From Gammaproteobacteria bacterium (GTDB lineage: Bacteria > Pseudomonadota > Gammaproteobacteria > DRLM01), in the NCBI GenBank assembly GCA_919903055.1, contig CAKKSB010000081.1, positions 4,303 through 49,230 on the forward strand: a stretch of DNA of 44,928 nucleotides, given 5' to 3'. The notes under the pieces are model-generated. The model searched no databases and was not told the DNA's origin. It saw only the letters and a program-made list of their open reading frames with translations. Position numbers and translations under genes: made by a program. Below are positions 9,661-19,348 of this stretch, piece by piece; the stretch's first letter is position 1; every line of letters begins with the position of its first letter.

Positions 9661-11465
9661 GGTTTACCCTCCATCATCTTCACGTGCGATCCTAAATCGT
9701 CTTCGCGGAAACGCCAGCGCAAAAATTCCGCGTTGTTGTCGCGCAAGGCATCCAGTTCGATCGGAGTACCGCCTAGTCCAGCACCGGCCTCGCGCCATAA
9801 GGCCAAAGTTTTTTCGAGGCGCGCCGCATCGGTTGCCGCGGACTGTTGAGGCTCGCGCAGCGCTTGCGCGGCGTTGGCGCGTGCGTGCTGTTGGCGTGGA
9901 TCACCCGCGGGCGCCGACCCGGCGGCGCTGCCGCTGTCCAACGCGTCGCCGCGACCGGAGGGTGTGCTCTCCGCGCGTTCGCTACCCTCACCGCCAAGAT
10001 TCGCGGCCGCTTGCTCCGCGTCTTTGCGTTCGCGCTGACCGCGCCGCGCGTCGAGGAATTGGTTGACCAGACTGAGATTGAGCGCGGCCTGCGATAAATT
10101 GGGTTTCAAGCGCAGCGCCGCTTGATAACGTTCACTCGCCTGTTTGAAACGTTCGAGCCGCGCCAGGGCATTGCCGGCGTTGTAAAGCGCGTGAGCTTTT
10201 TCATCGGCGTTTTCCGTTTGGCGCGCGGCTTTTTCAAAGGCGGCGAGGGCGGCGGTCCAATCCTGCGAGCGATAAGCGGCGGTGCCCGCGCCCAGCCAGC
10301 CACGGTAGTTTTTCACTTGGTCATAAAGTTTTTGCGCTTGGGCGTAATCGCGTTTTTGCAGCGCGTCATAGGCGTCGCGTTCGGTCCACGGCGCCGCTTC
10401 GCCGGGCGGCGGCGCGATGATGAGCAACGGCAGTATTACTATCGCCAGTGCTTCGTGGCGGCGCGCGCCTACCCATAAAAATAAAACGAGACTGGCAATA
10501 AGCGGCGCGATGTAAAGCGGCACACTCTCCACCGCGGCGACCGGCGAGGCCAAGCGCCCGGCGTGGGTGGCGGCGCGCAAGGCGGCGATGAGTTCGCGCC
10601 ATTCGCCGTCGTCCTCGCGCAGCTCGACGTAATGGCCGCCGCCGTCACGCGCCAATTGCTGGAGGCGCGCGCGATCGAGACGCGACATCACCACCTGATC
10701 GTCGTAACGCATGAAATGACCGCCCAGGTCGGGCACCGGTCCGCCGCTGGCCGTGCCGGCGCCGACGGTGAACAGCGGAATGCCCTGGCCGCGCAAGCTT
10801 GCCGCGGCGGAGGCGGCTTCGGCGTCGTGAAATTCACCGTCGCTGATCAGCAGCGCGGCGCGGCTGTCGCGCGGGCTGCTTGCCAGCAATTGGCCGGCGA
10901 TCTCGGTGGCGCGCGCGAGATTGGAACCGGGTTTGGCGGTGAGGCCGGGGTCGAGCAAATCGACGAATTTCAAAAAGGCGTCGCGGTCGGCGGTGAGCGG
11001 CAGCGCCGGGTATGCATTCGCGGAAAACACCACCAGGCCGAGCCGGTCGCCGCCGAGCTGAGCGATCAAATCGCGCACCTCGTGTTTGACCCGTGCCAGC
11101 CGGCTGGGCGCGAGATCGGCCACCGCCATCGACGGCGAAATATCGATGATCACCGCCAGGTCGATGCCGCGGATTTCGGCGGGTGCGGCGGCGCGACTCC
11201 AATATGGACCGGCCACCGCCACCGCGGCCAGTAGCCAGGCGATGAGAAATAGCTTGCCGGGACCGGCGCCGACGCTGGGTCCCACCAGCAAGCCGCGCAA
11301 TAAATGCGGGTCGGCGTAGGCGGCGAGCCGCGCCGGCGGAGGTGCGCGGCGGCGCCAGCGTTCCAGCAAGAGTGATACAGCCGGACTTTGCAGCAGCCAG
11401 GGCAGCGCGGCCAGCGCCAGCCAGGCCGGTTCGCGCCAATGCAATCCGTTCAACCAATCCATCAT
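9654..11465 (-). CDS. batB: VWA-domain membrane protein fused to TPR repeats (BatB plus BatC-like)
   Basis: N-terminal TM helices, a VWA MIDAS motif (DISPSM), a mid TM, then TPR repeats (AYDALQKRDYAQAQKLY, ALYNAGNALARLERFKQASERYQAAL). ATG 11465 overlaps the batA stop (ATGA). Confidence 0.75.
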   Translation of the reverse strand: MMDWLNGLHWREPAWLALAALPWLLQSPAVSLLLERWRRRAPPPARLAAYADPHLLRGLLVGPSVGAGPGKLFLIAWLLAAVAVAGPYWSRAAAPAEIRGIDLAVIIDISPSMAVADLAPSRLARVKHEVRDLIAQLGGDRLGLVVFSANAYPALPLTADRDAFLKFVDLLDPGLTAKPGSNLARATEIAGQLLASSPRDSRAALLISDGEFHDAEAASAAASLRGQGIPLFTVGAGTASGGPVPDLGGHFMRYDDQVVMSRLDRARLQQLARDGGGHYVELREDDGEWRELIAALRAATHAGRLASPVAAVESVPLYIAPLIASLVLFLWVGARRHEALAIVILPLLIIAPPPGEAAPWTERDAYDALQKRDYAQAQKLYDQVKNYRGWLGAGTAAYRSQDWTAALAAFEKAARQTENADEKAHALYNAGNALARLERFKQASERYQAALRLKPNLSQAALNLSLVNQFLDARRGQRERKDAEQAAANLGGEGSERAESTPSGRGDALDSGSAAGSAPAGDPRQQHARANAAQALREPQQSAATDAARLEKTLALWREAGAGLGGTPIELDALRDNNAEFLRWRFREDDLGSHVKMMEGKPW

Positions 11466-12454
11466 GACGGCAGCACCCCGCCGGCACGGCGGCGCTGGCC
11501 GGCGAGCAGGAGCAGCAGGCCGGCCAGCAGCGGCAGCCAATAGACCTCGTGGGGCGTGCCGAGCCGGGCGAGTTTGACGTTGACGGTTTCGAGGGCGTCG
11601 ATGTCTTTGACGATTTGCTGCAGCGCGCCGCCGTCGCGCGCCCGGTAAAAACGTCCGCCGCTTTCTTCGGCGAGCTGTTTCAACAAGGTTTCGTCGATGG
11701 GCAGCTCGGCGAGGCCGAGGCGATTATTGGGGCCGCTGGGAAACGGCACCCGGCCGTCCTTGCCCACCGCCACGGCGTAAATGCGCACGTGATATTGGCG
11801 GGCCAGCGCCAGCGCGCGCGCGGGGGTTATCCCGCCGGCGGTGTTGGCGCCGTCGGTGAACAGCAACACGATACGCGCGGCGGGCGGCCGTTCGCGCAGG
11901 CGTTTCACCGCCAGCGCCACCGCGTCGCCGAGCGCGGTCTTTTCGCCGACGATGCCGTGCTCGACTTCGCGCAACAGATTGCGCACCAAATCCAAGTCGT
12001 GGGTGACCGGGCTGAGGGTGAGCGCCTCGCCGGCGAACACGATCAAGCCGGCGCGGTCGCCTTGGCGTTGCGCGAGCAATTCATCGACGGTGTTTTTGAC
12101 GACGGCGAGGCGGTCGGCGGGACGCTGGTCGATGACGAAATCCTGGGCACGCATCGAGCCGGAGATGTCGATGGCGAGCATGAAATCCCGCGCCGGGTAT
12201 TCGCCGGGCAACAAGTCGATCCACTGCGGCCGGGCGAGGGCCAGCACCAGCAGGCTGCACGCCGTCAGCCACCACCACGGCCAGCGGCGCGGGCGCGGCG
12301 GCGCGGCGGCCGCGAGCTGCGCGAGCAAGGCGGCGTGCGGATGAAACAAGGCGGCGCGCGGCACGGGCCGCCCCGGCCAGCGGCGCAGCGCCCACCACGC
12401 CAGCCAGGGCAGCGGCAAAGCCAACAGCCAGCCGGCGGCGGCGAACTCAAACAT
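11462..12454 (-). CDS. batA: VWA-domain membrane protein (BatA-like)
   Basis: 330 aa. Two N-terminal TM segments, a VWA domain with DISGSM MIDAS motif, and a C-terminal TM. Confidence 0.8.
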   Translation of the reverse strand: MFEFAAAGWLLALPLPWLAWWALRRWPGRPVPRAALFHPHAALLAQLAAAAPPRPRRWPWWWLTACSLLVLALARPQWIDLLPGEYPARDFMLAIDISGSMRAQDFVIDQRPADRLAVVKNTVDELLAQRQGDRAGLIVFAGEALTLSPVTHDLDLVRNLLREVEHGIVGEKTALGDAVALAVKRLRERPPAARIVLLFTDGANTAGGITPARALALARQYHVRIYAVAVGKDGRVPFPSGPNNRLGLAELPIDETLLKQLAEESGGRFYRARDGGALQQIVKDIDALETVNVKLARLGTPHEVYWLPLLAGLLLLLAGQRRRAGGVLPS

Positions 12455-12902
12455 GCGGGGTCTCCGCCGTCAGCCAGCGGTAGGCGCGTTCGAAGAGCTC
12501 CGGCGGCAGCGGCTGCTCGCGTTGCCGCCGGTAACGTTGGCGGTCGAGTTGTTGCAGTGTGTCGCGCCATAACGGCGCGTCGTTGATCATGGCGGGCGGA
12601 TTGTCGTCTGAGAGTTGCGCGAGACCCAGCCCGCGCCGCAGCACGGTGGCGAGACGGTACGCCGCGTCGCGGTCGTCGATTTGTTTCGCTTCCCACGCCG
12701 AGCGCAACGCCCTCAGCGCGGCCAGCGCGTCACCGCGGAGATCGCCGGGGGGTACGGTGCGCCGGCGAGTGATTCGCCAGACCAGCGCGACTATTGCGAT
12801 CAACGCGAGCGCGGCGAGCAGCCATAACCACCACGGCGTCGCGGCGGGCGGCGCGGGCGGGATGATGTCGGCAAGACCTCGGAGGGTGTCGTCGCCGTTC
12901 AT
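12447..12902 (-). CDS. DUF4381-like small membrane protein of MoxR/Bat operons
   Basis: 151 aa with a single TM (WWLWLLAALALIAIVALVW). Located between the DUF58 and BatA genes, with overlapping stops and starts. Confidence 0.6.
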   Translation of the reverse strand: MNGDDTLRGLADIIPPAPPAATPWWLWLLAALALIAIVALVWRITRRRTVPPGDLRGDALAALRALRSAWEAKQIDDRDAAYRLATVLRRGLGLAQLSDDNPPAMINDAPLWRDTLQQLDRQRYRRQREQPLPPELFERAYRWLTAETPHV

Positions 12903-13798
12903 AAGGCCTCGCGCATCTGGCTGAACGCGTCGCGGTGAGTGTAAACGGGTTGCAGACGAATGCCGGTGTTATCGCAGAGGCGGCGCAGCGCGGTCGCGCG
13001 TTCCGCCATCGCGGCGGCGTAACGTTGGCGCAGGGTTTTGTCGCCGGTGTCGATGAGATGGATGCGGCCGTCGCCCGCCGTCAAGCGCAAGCGGCCGGCG
13101 TCGGGCAAGTGTTCTTCCGCCGGATCGATGATTTGAAAGAAGATGACTTCGCACTGAGCCGCCAGGCGCCAGAGCTGCGCGCGCTGGCCGTCGTCCACGC
13201 CGAGCAAGTCGCTGATCACGCAGACGGTGGTGCCGCGATTGACGTTGCGGCGCAAATCATCCCACACCGCCGGCCAGTCGGCGGCGTCGCGATGGTCGGC
13301 GCCCGGCGCGGCGCAGGCGGCGCGCAGTATCGGCAGGACGCCGTCCAAACGGCGGGCGGCGGCGTAAGCGCGTTCGCGGCGGCCGTCGAGCACCAGGCCG
13401 GCGACCTGTTCCTGTTGCGCGAGCGCGGAGAAGGCGAGGATCGCCGCGACCCGCGCCGCGGTGGTGGCCTTGGTTTCGACACGGGTGCCGAAGTGCATGG
13501 CGGGACCGCGGTCGACGAGCAGATACAGCAGGCGCTGCCGTTCCTCGCGGAACACCTTGGTCATGGGACGGCCGCTGCGGGCGGTGGCACGCCAATCCAT
13601 GTGCCGCACGTCATCGCCGGCCTGATAGGCGCGCAAATCGTCCAGCTCCATGCCGCGCCCGCGAAAGATCGAACGCGCCGCGCCCGACCACGGACTCGCC
13701 ACCGCACGCCGCGGCGCATGACGGCGCAGCAGAGTTTGCCGTTGCAGCTGTTCGAGTTCGGCGAGGGTGAGGAGGGGGGTGTTTGAGGTGGGCATCAT
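12899..13798 (-). CDS. DUF58 domain protein (MoxR-associated, VWA-like)
   Basis: 299 aa. SIFRGRGMELDDLRAYQAGDDVRHMDWRATAR is the DUF58 signature I recognise. This family is the usual partner of MoxR ATPases. Confidence 0.85.
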   Translation of the reverse strand: MMPTSNTPLLTLAELEQLQRQTLLRRHAPRRAVASPWSGAARSIFRGRGMELDDLRAYQAGDDVRHMDWRATARSGRPMTKVFREERQRLLYLLVDRGPAMHFGTRVETKATTAARVAAILAFSALAQQEQVAGLVLDGRRERAYAAARRLDGVLPILRAACAAPGADHRDAADWPAVWDDLRRNVNRGTTVCVISDLLGVDDGQRAQLWRLAAQCEVIFFQIIDPAEEHLPDAGRLRLTAGDGRIHLIDTGDKTLRQRYAAAMAERATALRRLCDNTGIRLQPVYTHRDAFSQMREAL

Positions 13799-13898
13799 AT
13801 TTTTCAGTTTGCAGCGTTTAGCTATTCCAAATGTAGAATGCGGTGAGCTTGGTAAACTGCATTAATCGCAAACGATGCTGTGCCTTCGTCACCGCATC

Positions 13899-14451
13899 CT
13901 ACTGGCTTTCCTTGATCATGGCTTGAGCGCAATAATTAAACTTCGTAGCCGTAAGGTGCGCGAACCAAGTGTAACCCTCTCTACATGCTTTCACATCTTC
14001 GTCCGAGACCAACACATCGTTACCCTGTTCGGATGCATAAGCCGGTCGCGAACTTTCACGGCCGTTAATAGCTGTTGCCAACCTTGGTCGAAAACATTCT
14101 CTTTGCATTGAACTATTTCACTGAACGCGCGCACGCTAAACGCAAAGCGATTTTTGAATGAGCCTTTTTGCTTTTGTTTTTCTATTTTTCCATTGTCGGC
14201 AATGATAGGAATATCTTCGTATAGCAAGGTGTGCCGTTCCCAATCAATGGTGCCGCCTCTCTTCAGTATTAATTTGTCAATCTCGATTGCGTTTTGACGT
14301 ATCCAATAAGTAATGCCTTCGAAATACGCAAATAGGGCGCGTACATAACTCGGCGATGGAACTGCGAGTCTTCGTGCTGGAGCATAGAGGCTGCCTTTTC
14401 GATGTCGGCAGCCAGCTCATCAATGGCGCTGTCAATTGGGTCTTTTTTCAT
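13899..14451 (-). pseudogene. HEPN-like (Rx4H motif) gene remnant disrupted by two frameshifts, in AT-rich inserted DNA
   Basis: Three consecutive minus-strand ORFs in three different frames (14451-14269, 14227-13991, 14108-13899). They read through as one protein of about 184 aa: MKKDPIDSAIDELAADIEKAASMLQHEDSQFHRRV / YVRALFAYFEGITYWIRQNAIEIDKLILKRGGTIDWERHTLLYEDIPIIADNGKIEKQKQKGSFKNRFAFSVRAFSEIVQCKENVFDQGWQQLLTAVKVRDRLMHPN / GNDVLVSDEDVKACREGYTWFAHLTATKFNYCAQAMIKESQ. RDRLMH is an Rx4H HEPN-type motif. Confidence 0.55.
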
Positions 14452-14599
14452 ATTTTGTTCACCGTGAAGAAGTACGTCCTCCCATGGGCGTTGACAAGAC
14501 GATCATCAGATATTGATTGTTTTTATTCCCCCAGAAAATTATTAAGCCACGCTCCGCAGTTTTTGGTGCATGGAATGCGCCTTACATTTTATTTGCTCG

Positions 14600-15571
<972 letters not shown>

Positions 15572-15719
15572 GTTTGATCGCTGGCTTATAAAAATTATGG
15601 CGAGTTATGATACCGCATTCTTTTGTCCGCCGGTTCCCGGCGGGCGCACCTGCTGAGCGTGACGATTGCGCGGTGCGCGGAGGCGCCGCGGTTTCGGCGC
15701 GGGCGATCAACTAACGGGG

Positions 15720-16556
15720 ATGCGAATGACGGAGCGTAATCAAGGCTGGTTATTGGTCGTGCCGGTGCTGGCGGTCGTGGCGTTGGCGGCGGCCGCGGCG
15801 TGGTGGGCGGGCGGGGCGCGCCAGGCGAGCGGTGAACGCGAGGCAGAGGCCAAGGCCGGCCAGCCGCAGAGCATCACTAATAGCGTCGGCATCGAGCTGG
15901 TGGCGATTCCCGGCGGCAGCTTCAGCATGGGCAGCGCGCCCGGCCAGGGCGCCGCCGACGAGATGCCGGCGCGCACCGTGCAGGTGGCGCCGTTTTATCT
16001 CAGTAAATACGAAGTGACGCAGGCCCAGTTCCAAGCGGTGATGGGCTATAACCCCAGCGCCTTCGCCAATCCGCAACGGCCGGTGGATCAGGTGACCTGG
16101 CTGGAGGCGCAGTCCTTCATCGAGGCGCTGAACCGCGCCGAGAATACCCCGCGATATCGCCTGCCTTCCGAGGCGGAATGGGAATACGCGGCCCGCGCCG
16201 GCAGCGCCGCGCCGTGGTTTTTCGGGAACGACAGCGGCCGGCTGGATCGTTATGCCTGGTTCGGCCGCGGCGGGGATGTCGGTACCCGGCCGGTGGGCCG
16301 CGGCGCGCCCAATCCCTGGGGCTTGTACGATGTCTACGGCAATGTGTGGGAGTGGGTGCAGGATTGCTGGCACGAAGATTACGCCGCCGCGCCGCCGACC
16401 GGCGGAATGTGGTCGGGCGGCGATTGCGGCCTGCGTATGTTGCGTGGCGGCGGTTGGAGCAGCCCCGCCGGTTTCGCCCGCTCGGCGGTGCGCGGCAGTT
16501 ATGCGCCGCATTTGAACGATGCCGCCAACGGTTTCCGCCTGGCGCGTTCCCGCTAG
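15720..16556 (+). CDS. formylglycine-generating-enzyme (SUMF1/FGE) family protein, membrane-anchored
   Basis: N-terminal TM (WLLVVPVLAVVALAAAAAWW). FGE-sulfatase motifs YEVTQAQF, RLPSEAEWEYAARAG, GNVWEWVQDCW, RGGGWSS and GFRLAR. Confidence 0.85.
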   Translation: MRMTERNQGWLLVVPVLAVVALAAAAAWWAGGARQASGEREAEAKAGQPQSITNSVGIELVAIPGGSFSMGSAPGQGAADEMPARTVQVAPFYLSKYEVTQAQFQAVMGYNPSAFANPQRPVDQVTWLEAQSFIEALNRAENTPRYRLPSEAEWEYAARAGSAAPWFFGNDSGRLDRYAWFGRGGDVGTRPVGRGAPNPWGLYDVYGNVWEWVQDCWHEDYAAAPPTGGMWSGGDCGLRMLRGGGWSSPAGFARSAVRGSYAPHLNDAANGFRLARSR

Positions 16557-16630
16557 CGTGCGAGGGTAGGACAGTTGCCGGACGGCTTGCTATACTCAGC
16601 GGCTATTTTGAGTCAGGGGCTCGGCCGGGA

Positions 16631-17248
16631 ATGTTGGAGGTCGTCGATCTCGCTTGTGAGCGCGGTGAGCGCCGTCTATTTCAGGGACTTAACTTTTCGC
16701 TGAAGGCGGGCGAGCTCCTGTACGTGCTCGGGCAAAACGGCAGCGGCAAGACCACGTTATTGCGCACCCTGTGCGGCTTGGCCTGGCCCGCCGTGGGGGA
16801 GGTGCGCTGGGACGGCACGGAGATCCGCCGCCTGGGCGACGAATACCACCGCAAGATGCTTTATATAGGCCATCTCAACGGGGTGAAGGACGATTTCACC
16901 GCCTTTGAGAATCTGCGGGTGACGGGGCAGCTGGCGGGTTACGCGGATAGCGAGGAACGCGCCCTCGCCGCTCTGCGGCGCATGGAGTTGACGGCTTGCG
17001 CCGAGTTGCCGGGTAAGGTGTTGTCCCAGGGGCAGCGGCGGCGGCTCGCCTTGGCGCGCTTATTGTTGGGCGACAGCCGGTTATGGATTTTGGACGAGCC
17101 GTTCAGTGCCCTGGACGTCAAATCCGTCGAGGGCGTTCAGACCGTGTTAAGCGAACATCTCGATAATGGCGGTATGGTGGTATTGACCACGCATCAGGAG
17201 GTGGAGATTACGTCCCGCCGCGCGCGGCATATCCACTTGAGCGCCTGA
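16631..17248 (+). CDS. ccmA: heme exporter ATP-binding protein CcmA
   Basis: Walker A GQNGSGKTTLLR, signature LSQGQRRR, Walker B LWILDEP. First gene of the ccm cluster. The ORF-track start at 16178 overlaps the FGE gene and is rejected. Confidence 0.9.
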   Translation: MLEVVDLACERGERRLFQGLNFSLKAGELLYVLGQNGSGKTTLLRTLCGLAWPAVGEVRWDGTEIRRLGDEYHRKMLYIGHLNGVKDDFTAFENLRVTGQLAGYADSEERALAALRRMELTACAELPGKVLSQGQRRRLALARLLLGDSRLWILDEPFSALDVKSVEGVQTVLSEHLDNGGMVVLTTHQEVEITSRRARHIHLSA

Positions 17249-17258
17249 GGAATCGAGT

Positions 17259-17927
17259 ATGTGGGCAGCCCTGCGATGTGTGGTGATGCGCGACTTGACC
17301 TTGGCCATGCGCCGGCGCGCCGATGTGCTGACCACCTTGTTTTTTTTCGTGATCGTGGTGAGCCTATTCCCTCTCGGGGTGGGCCCGGAGATGGATACCC
17401 TCCGCCTGATGGGCCCGGGGGTGGTGTGGGTGGCGGCGCTGCTGGCGTCGATGTTGTCGTTGGGACGATTGTTTTCTGGCGATTACATCGACGGTACTTT
17501 GGAGCACCTGGTGCTGGCGCCGCAGCCGTTGACGGTGCTGGTGCTGGGCAAGATCGCTGCCCATTGGCTGGTCAGCGGCTTGCCGCTGGTATTGATCGCG
17601 CCGCTGCTGGGCTTACAGTACGGCTTGTCGACGGATGCTTTGTGGGTGCTGGTGCTGTCGTTGATTTTGGGTACTCCGGTGCTGAGCCTGATCGGCGCGG
17701 TGGGCGCGGCGCTCACCCTGGGCTTACGCGGCGGCGGGGTGTTGGTGTCGCTGCTGGTGTTGCCGCTGTATATCCCGGTGTTGATATTCGGCGCAGGGGC
17801 GGTGGACGCGCAGGTGACGGGTTTGGGGCCGCAGGCGCATTTGTCGTTGCTAGGCGCGTTTTTGGTGCCGGCGCTGGTGTTCGCGCCATGGGCCGCCGGT
17901 TGGGCGTTGCGGATTTCGCTGGAATAA
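17259..17927 (+). CDS. ccmB: heme exporter permease CcmB
   Basis: 222-aa polytopic membrane protein directly after ccmA. Order and size are typical of CcmB. Confidence 0.88.
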   Translation: MWAALRCVVMRDLTLAMRRRADVLTTLFFFVIVVSLFPLGVGPEMDTLRLMGPGVVWVAALLASMLSLGRLFSGDYIDGTLEHLVLAPQPLTVLVLGKIAAHWLVSGLPLVLIAPLLGLQYGLSTDALWVLVLSLILGTPVLSLIGAVGAALTLGLRGGGVLVSLLVLPLYIPVLIFGAGAVDAQVTGLGPQAHLSLLGAFLVPALVFAPWAAGWALRISLE

Positions 17928-17943
17928 GGGGCGGGGTGGTTCG

Positions 17944-18690
17944 GTGGCGGTAGGGCAGATCAACTGGTTCAAATTTTCGTCGCCGGCGACCTTTTATCCG
18001 CTGGCCGGCAAGCTCATCCCTTATTTCACAGCGCTGGCCGTGGTGTTGACGGTCGTCGGTTTATACCTGGGTTTCTTCGTCGCCCCCACCGATTACAAAC
18101 AAGGCGAAGGCTACCGCATCATCTTCATCCACGTCCCCGCCGCCTGGATGTCCATGCTTATCTATATCGTCATGGCGGCGTATGCCGGCATGGGACTGGT
18201 ATTCAATACCCGCTTGTCCTCGCTGATGGCCTCGGCGCTCGCGCCCACCGGCGCCTTGTTCACCTTCCTCGCTTTGTGGACCGGCGCCTTATGGGGCAAG
18301 CCGATGTGGGGAGCGTGGTGGGTATGGGACGCGCGGCTTACCTCGGAATTGATTCTGCTGTTTTTGTATATCGGGTTTATGTCCTTGAAGGCGGCCATCG
18401 ACGACCCGCGCCGCGCCGCGCCCGCCAGCGGTTTGCTGGCGATCATCGGCGTGATCAATGTCCCCATCATTTATAAATCGGTGGAGTGGTGGAATACCTT
18501 GCATCAAGGCGCGACTATCAAAAGCAGCGGCACGTCCATGGAAACCACCATGTTGACCGCCATGCTGGTGATGACCTTCGCGATGTGGATGTACACCGTC
18601 GCGGTGGTGCTGACCCGAGTGCGCTGCGAAATTTTGGAAGCGGAGCGCGACACTGAGTGGGTCGCGGCGGAGTTGAGTAAATCATCATGA
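17944..18690 (+). CDS. ccmC: heme exporter / heme lyase component CcmC
   Basis: 248 aa. WGxxWxWD tryptophan-rich motif (WGAWWVWDARL) and conserved His residues (IFIHVPAAW, NTLHQG). Confidence 0.9.
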   Translation: MAVGQINWFKFSSPATFYPLAGKLIPYFTALAVVLTVVGLYLGFFVAPTDYKQGEGYRIIFIHVPAAWMSMLIYIVMAAYAGMGLVFNTRLSSLMASALAPTGALFTFLALWTGALWGKPMWGAWWVWDARLTSELILLFLYIGFMSLKAAIDDPRRAAPASGLLAIIGVINVPIIYKSVEWWNTLHQGATIKSSGTSMETTMLTAMLVMTFAMWMYTVAVVLTRVRCEILEAERDTEWVAAELSKSS

Positions 18691-18869
18691 ATTGGGGCAG
18701 TGCGGGCGAGTTCTTCGCCATGGGCGGTTACGCCTTTTATGTATGGGGTTCCTTTGGAGTCACCGCCTTGTTTTTACTGGTGGAGGTGATCATGGTCGTG
18801 CACCGTAAGCGAACTATTGTCCAACGCCTGGGTCGTAGGATGCGGATGCAAGCAGAGGTGAAGCAGTAA
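18687..18869 (+). CDS. ccmD: heme exporter protein CcmD
   Basis: 60-aa single-TM protein with start and stop overlaps to ccmC and ccmE. Confidence 0.8.
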   Translation: MNWGSAGEFFAMGGYAFYVWGSFGVTALFLLVEVIMVVHRKRTIVQRLGRRMRMQAEVKQ

Positions 18870-19348
18870 TGAAGCCCAGACATAAGCGGCTGGCATTTAT
18901 TTTAATAGGGCTGGCGGGCCTGGGGGTCGCGGCGACCTTGGTGCTGAATGCCTTGAAAAGCAATCTGCAATTGTTTTACAGCCCCAGCGAGTTGGCGGCG
19001 GGCGCGGCGCCCAAGGAACGTACTTTTCGGCTGGGCGGTTTGGTGGAAGAGGGCAGCGTCAAACGCGGCAACGACGGCCTCACCGTGAGTTTCGTACTGA
19101 CCGACCGCGCCGAAAACGTCAATGTGGTTTTCAAGGGAATATTGCCCGATCTTTTTAAAGAGGGCCAAGGCGCGGTGGCCTTGGGCAAGATCAGCGATGA
19201 CGGGGTGTTCATGGCGGACGAAGTGCTGGCCAAGCACGACGAGACCTATATGCCGCCGGAAGTGGCCAAGGCCTTGGAACAAGCGAAGAAAAGTCAGCCG
19301 GCGGCCGCGGCGCCTATTAATAATATGAACGGGGGGAGGGACATCTGA
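18869..19348 (+). CDS. ccmE: cytochrome c-type biogenesis heme chaperone CcmE
   Basis: N-terminal anchor, OB-fold region and heme-binding His context LAKHDETYMPPEV. Confidence 0.92.
   Translation: MKPRHKRLAFILIGLAGLGVAATLVLNALKSNLQLFYSPSELAAGAAPKERTFRLGGLVEEGSVKRGNDGLTVSFVLTDRAENVNVVFKGILPDLFKEGQGAVALGKISDDGVFMADEVLAKHDETYMPPEVAKALEQAKKSQPAAAAPINNMNGGRDI

Noticed and set aside
13799-14599. Mobile element (IS/integrase/TA pair) as the explanation for the AT-rich insert
   Set aside because: No transposase or integrase ORF, no convincing terminal inverted or direct repeats, and no intact second gene. The only weak feature is a 9-bp inverted repeat (13838-13846 and 13889-13897). It is reported only as a foreign-DNA remnant with a pseudogene. 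The plus-strand ORFs 13875-14111 and 14356-14637 lie antisense to the reconstructed gene and are rejected.
16178-16630. N-terminal extensions proposed by the ORF track: ccmA from 16178, and similarly 4717, 5728, 11540, 31390, 32303, 36540, 37063 and 43057
   Set aside because: The extensions overlap upstream genes or intergenic DNA and lack homology-like sequence. Internal ATGs with Shine-Dalgarno-like sequences give N-termini that match the family (for example MLEVVDLACERG for CcmA).
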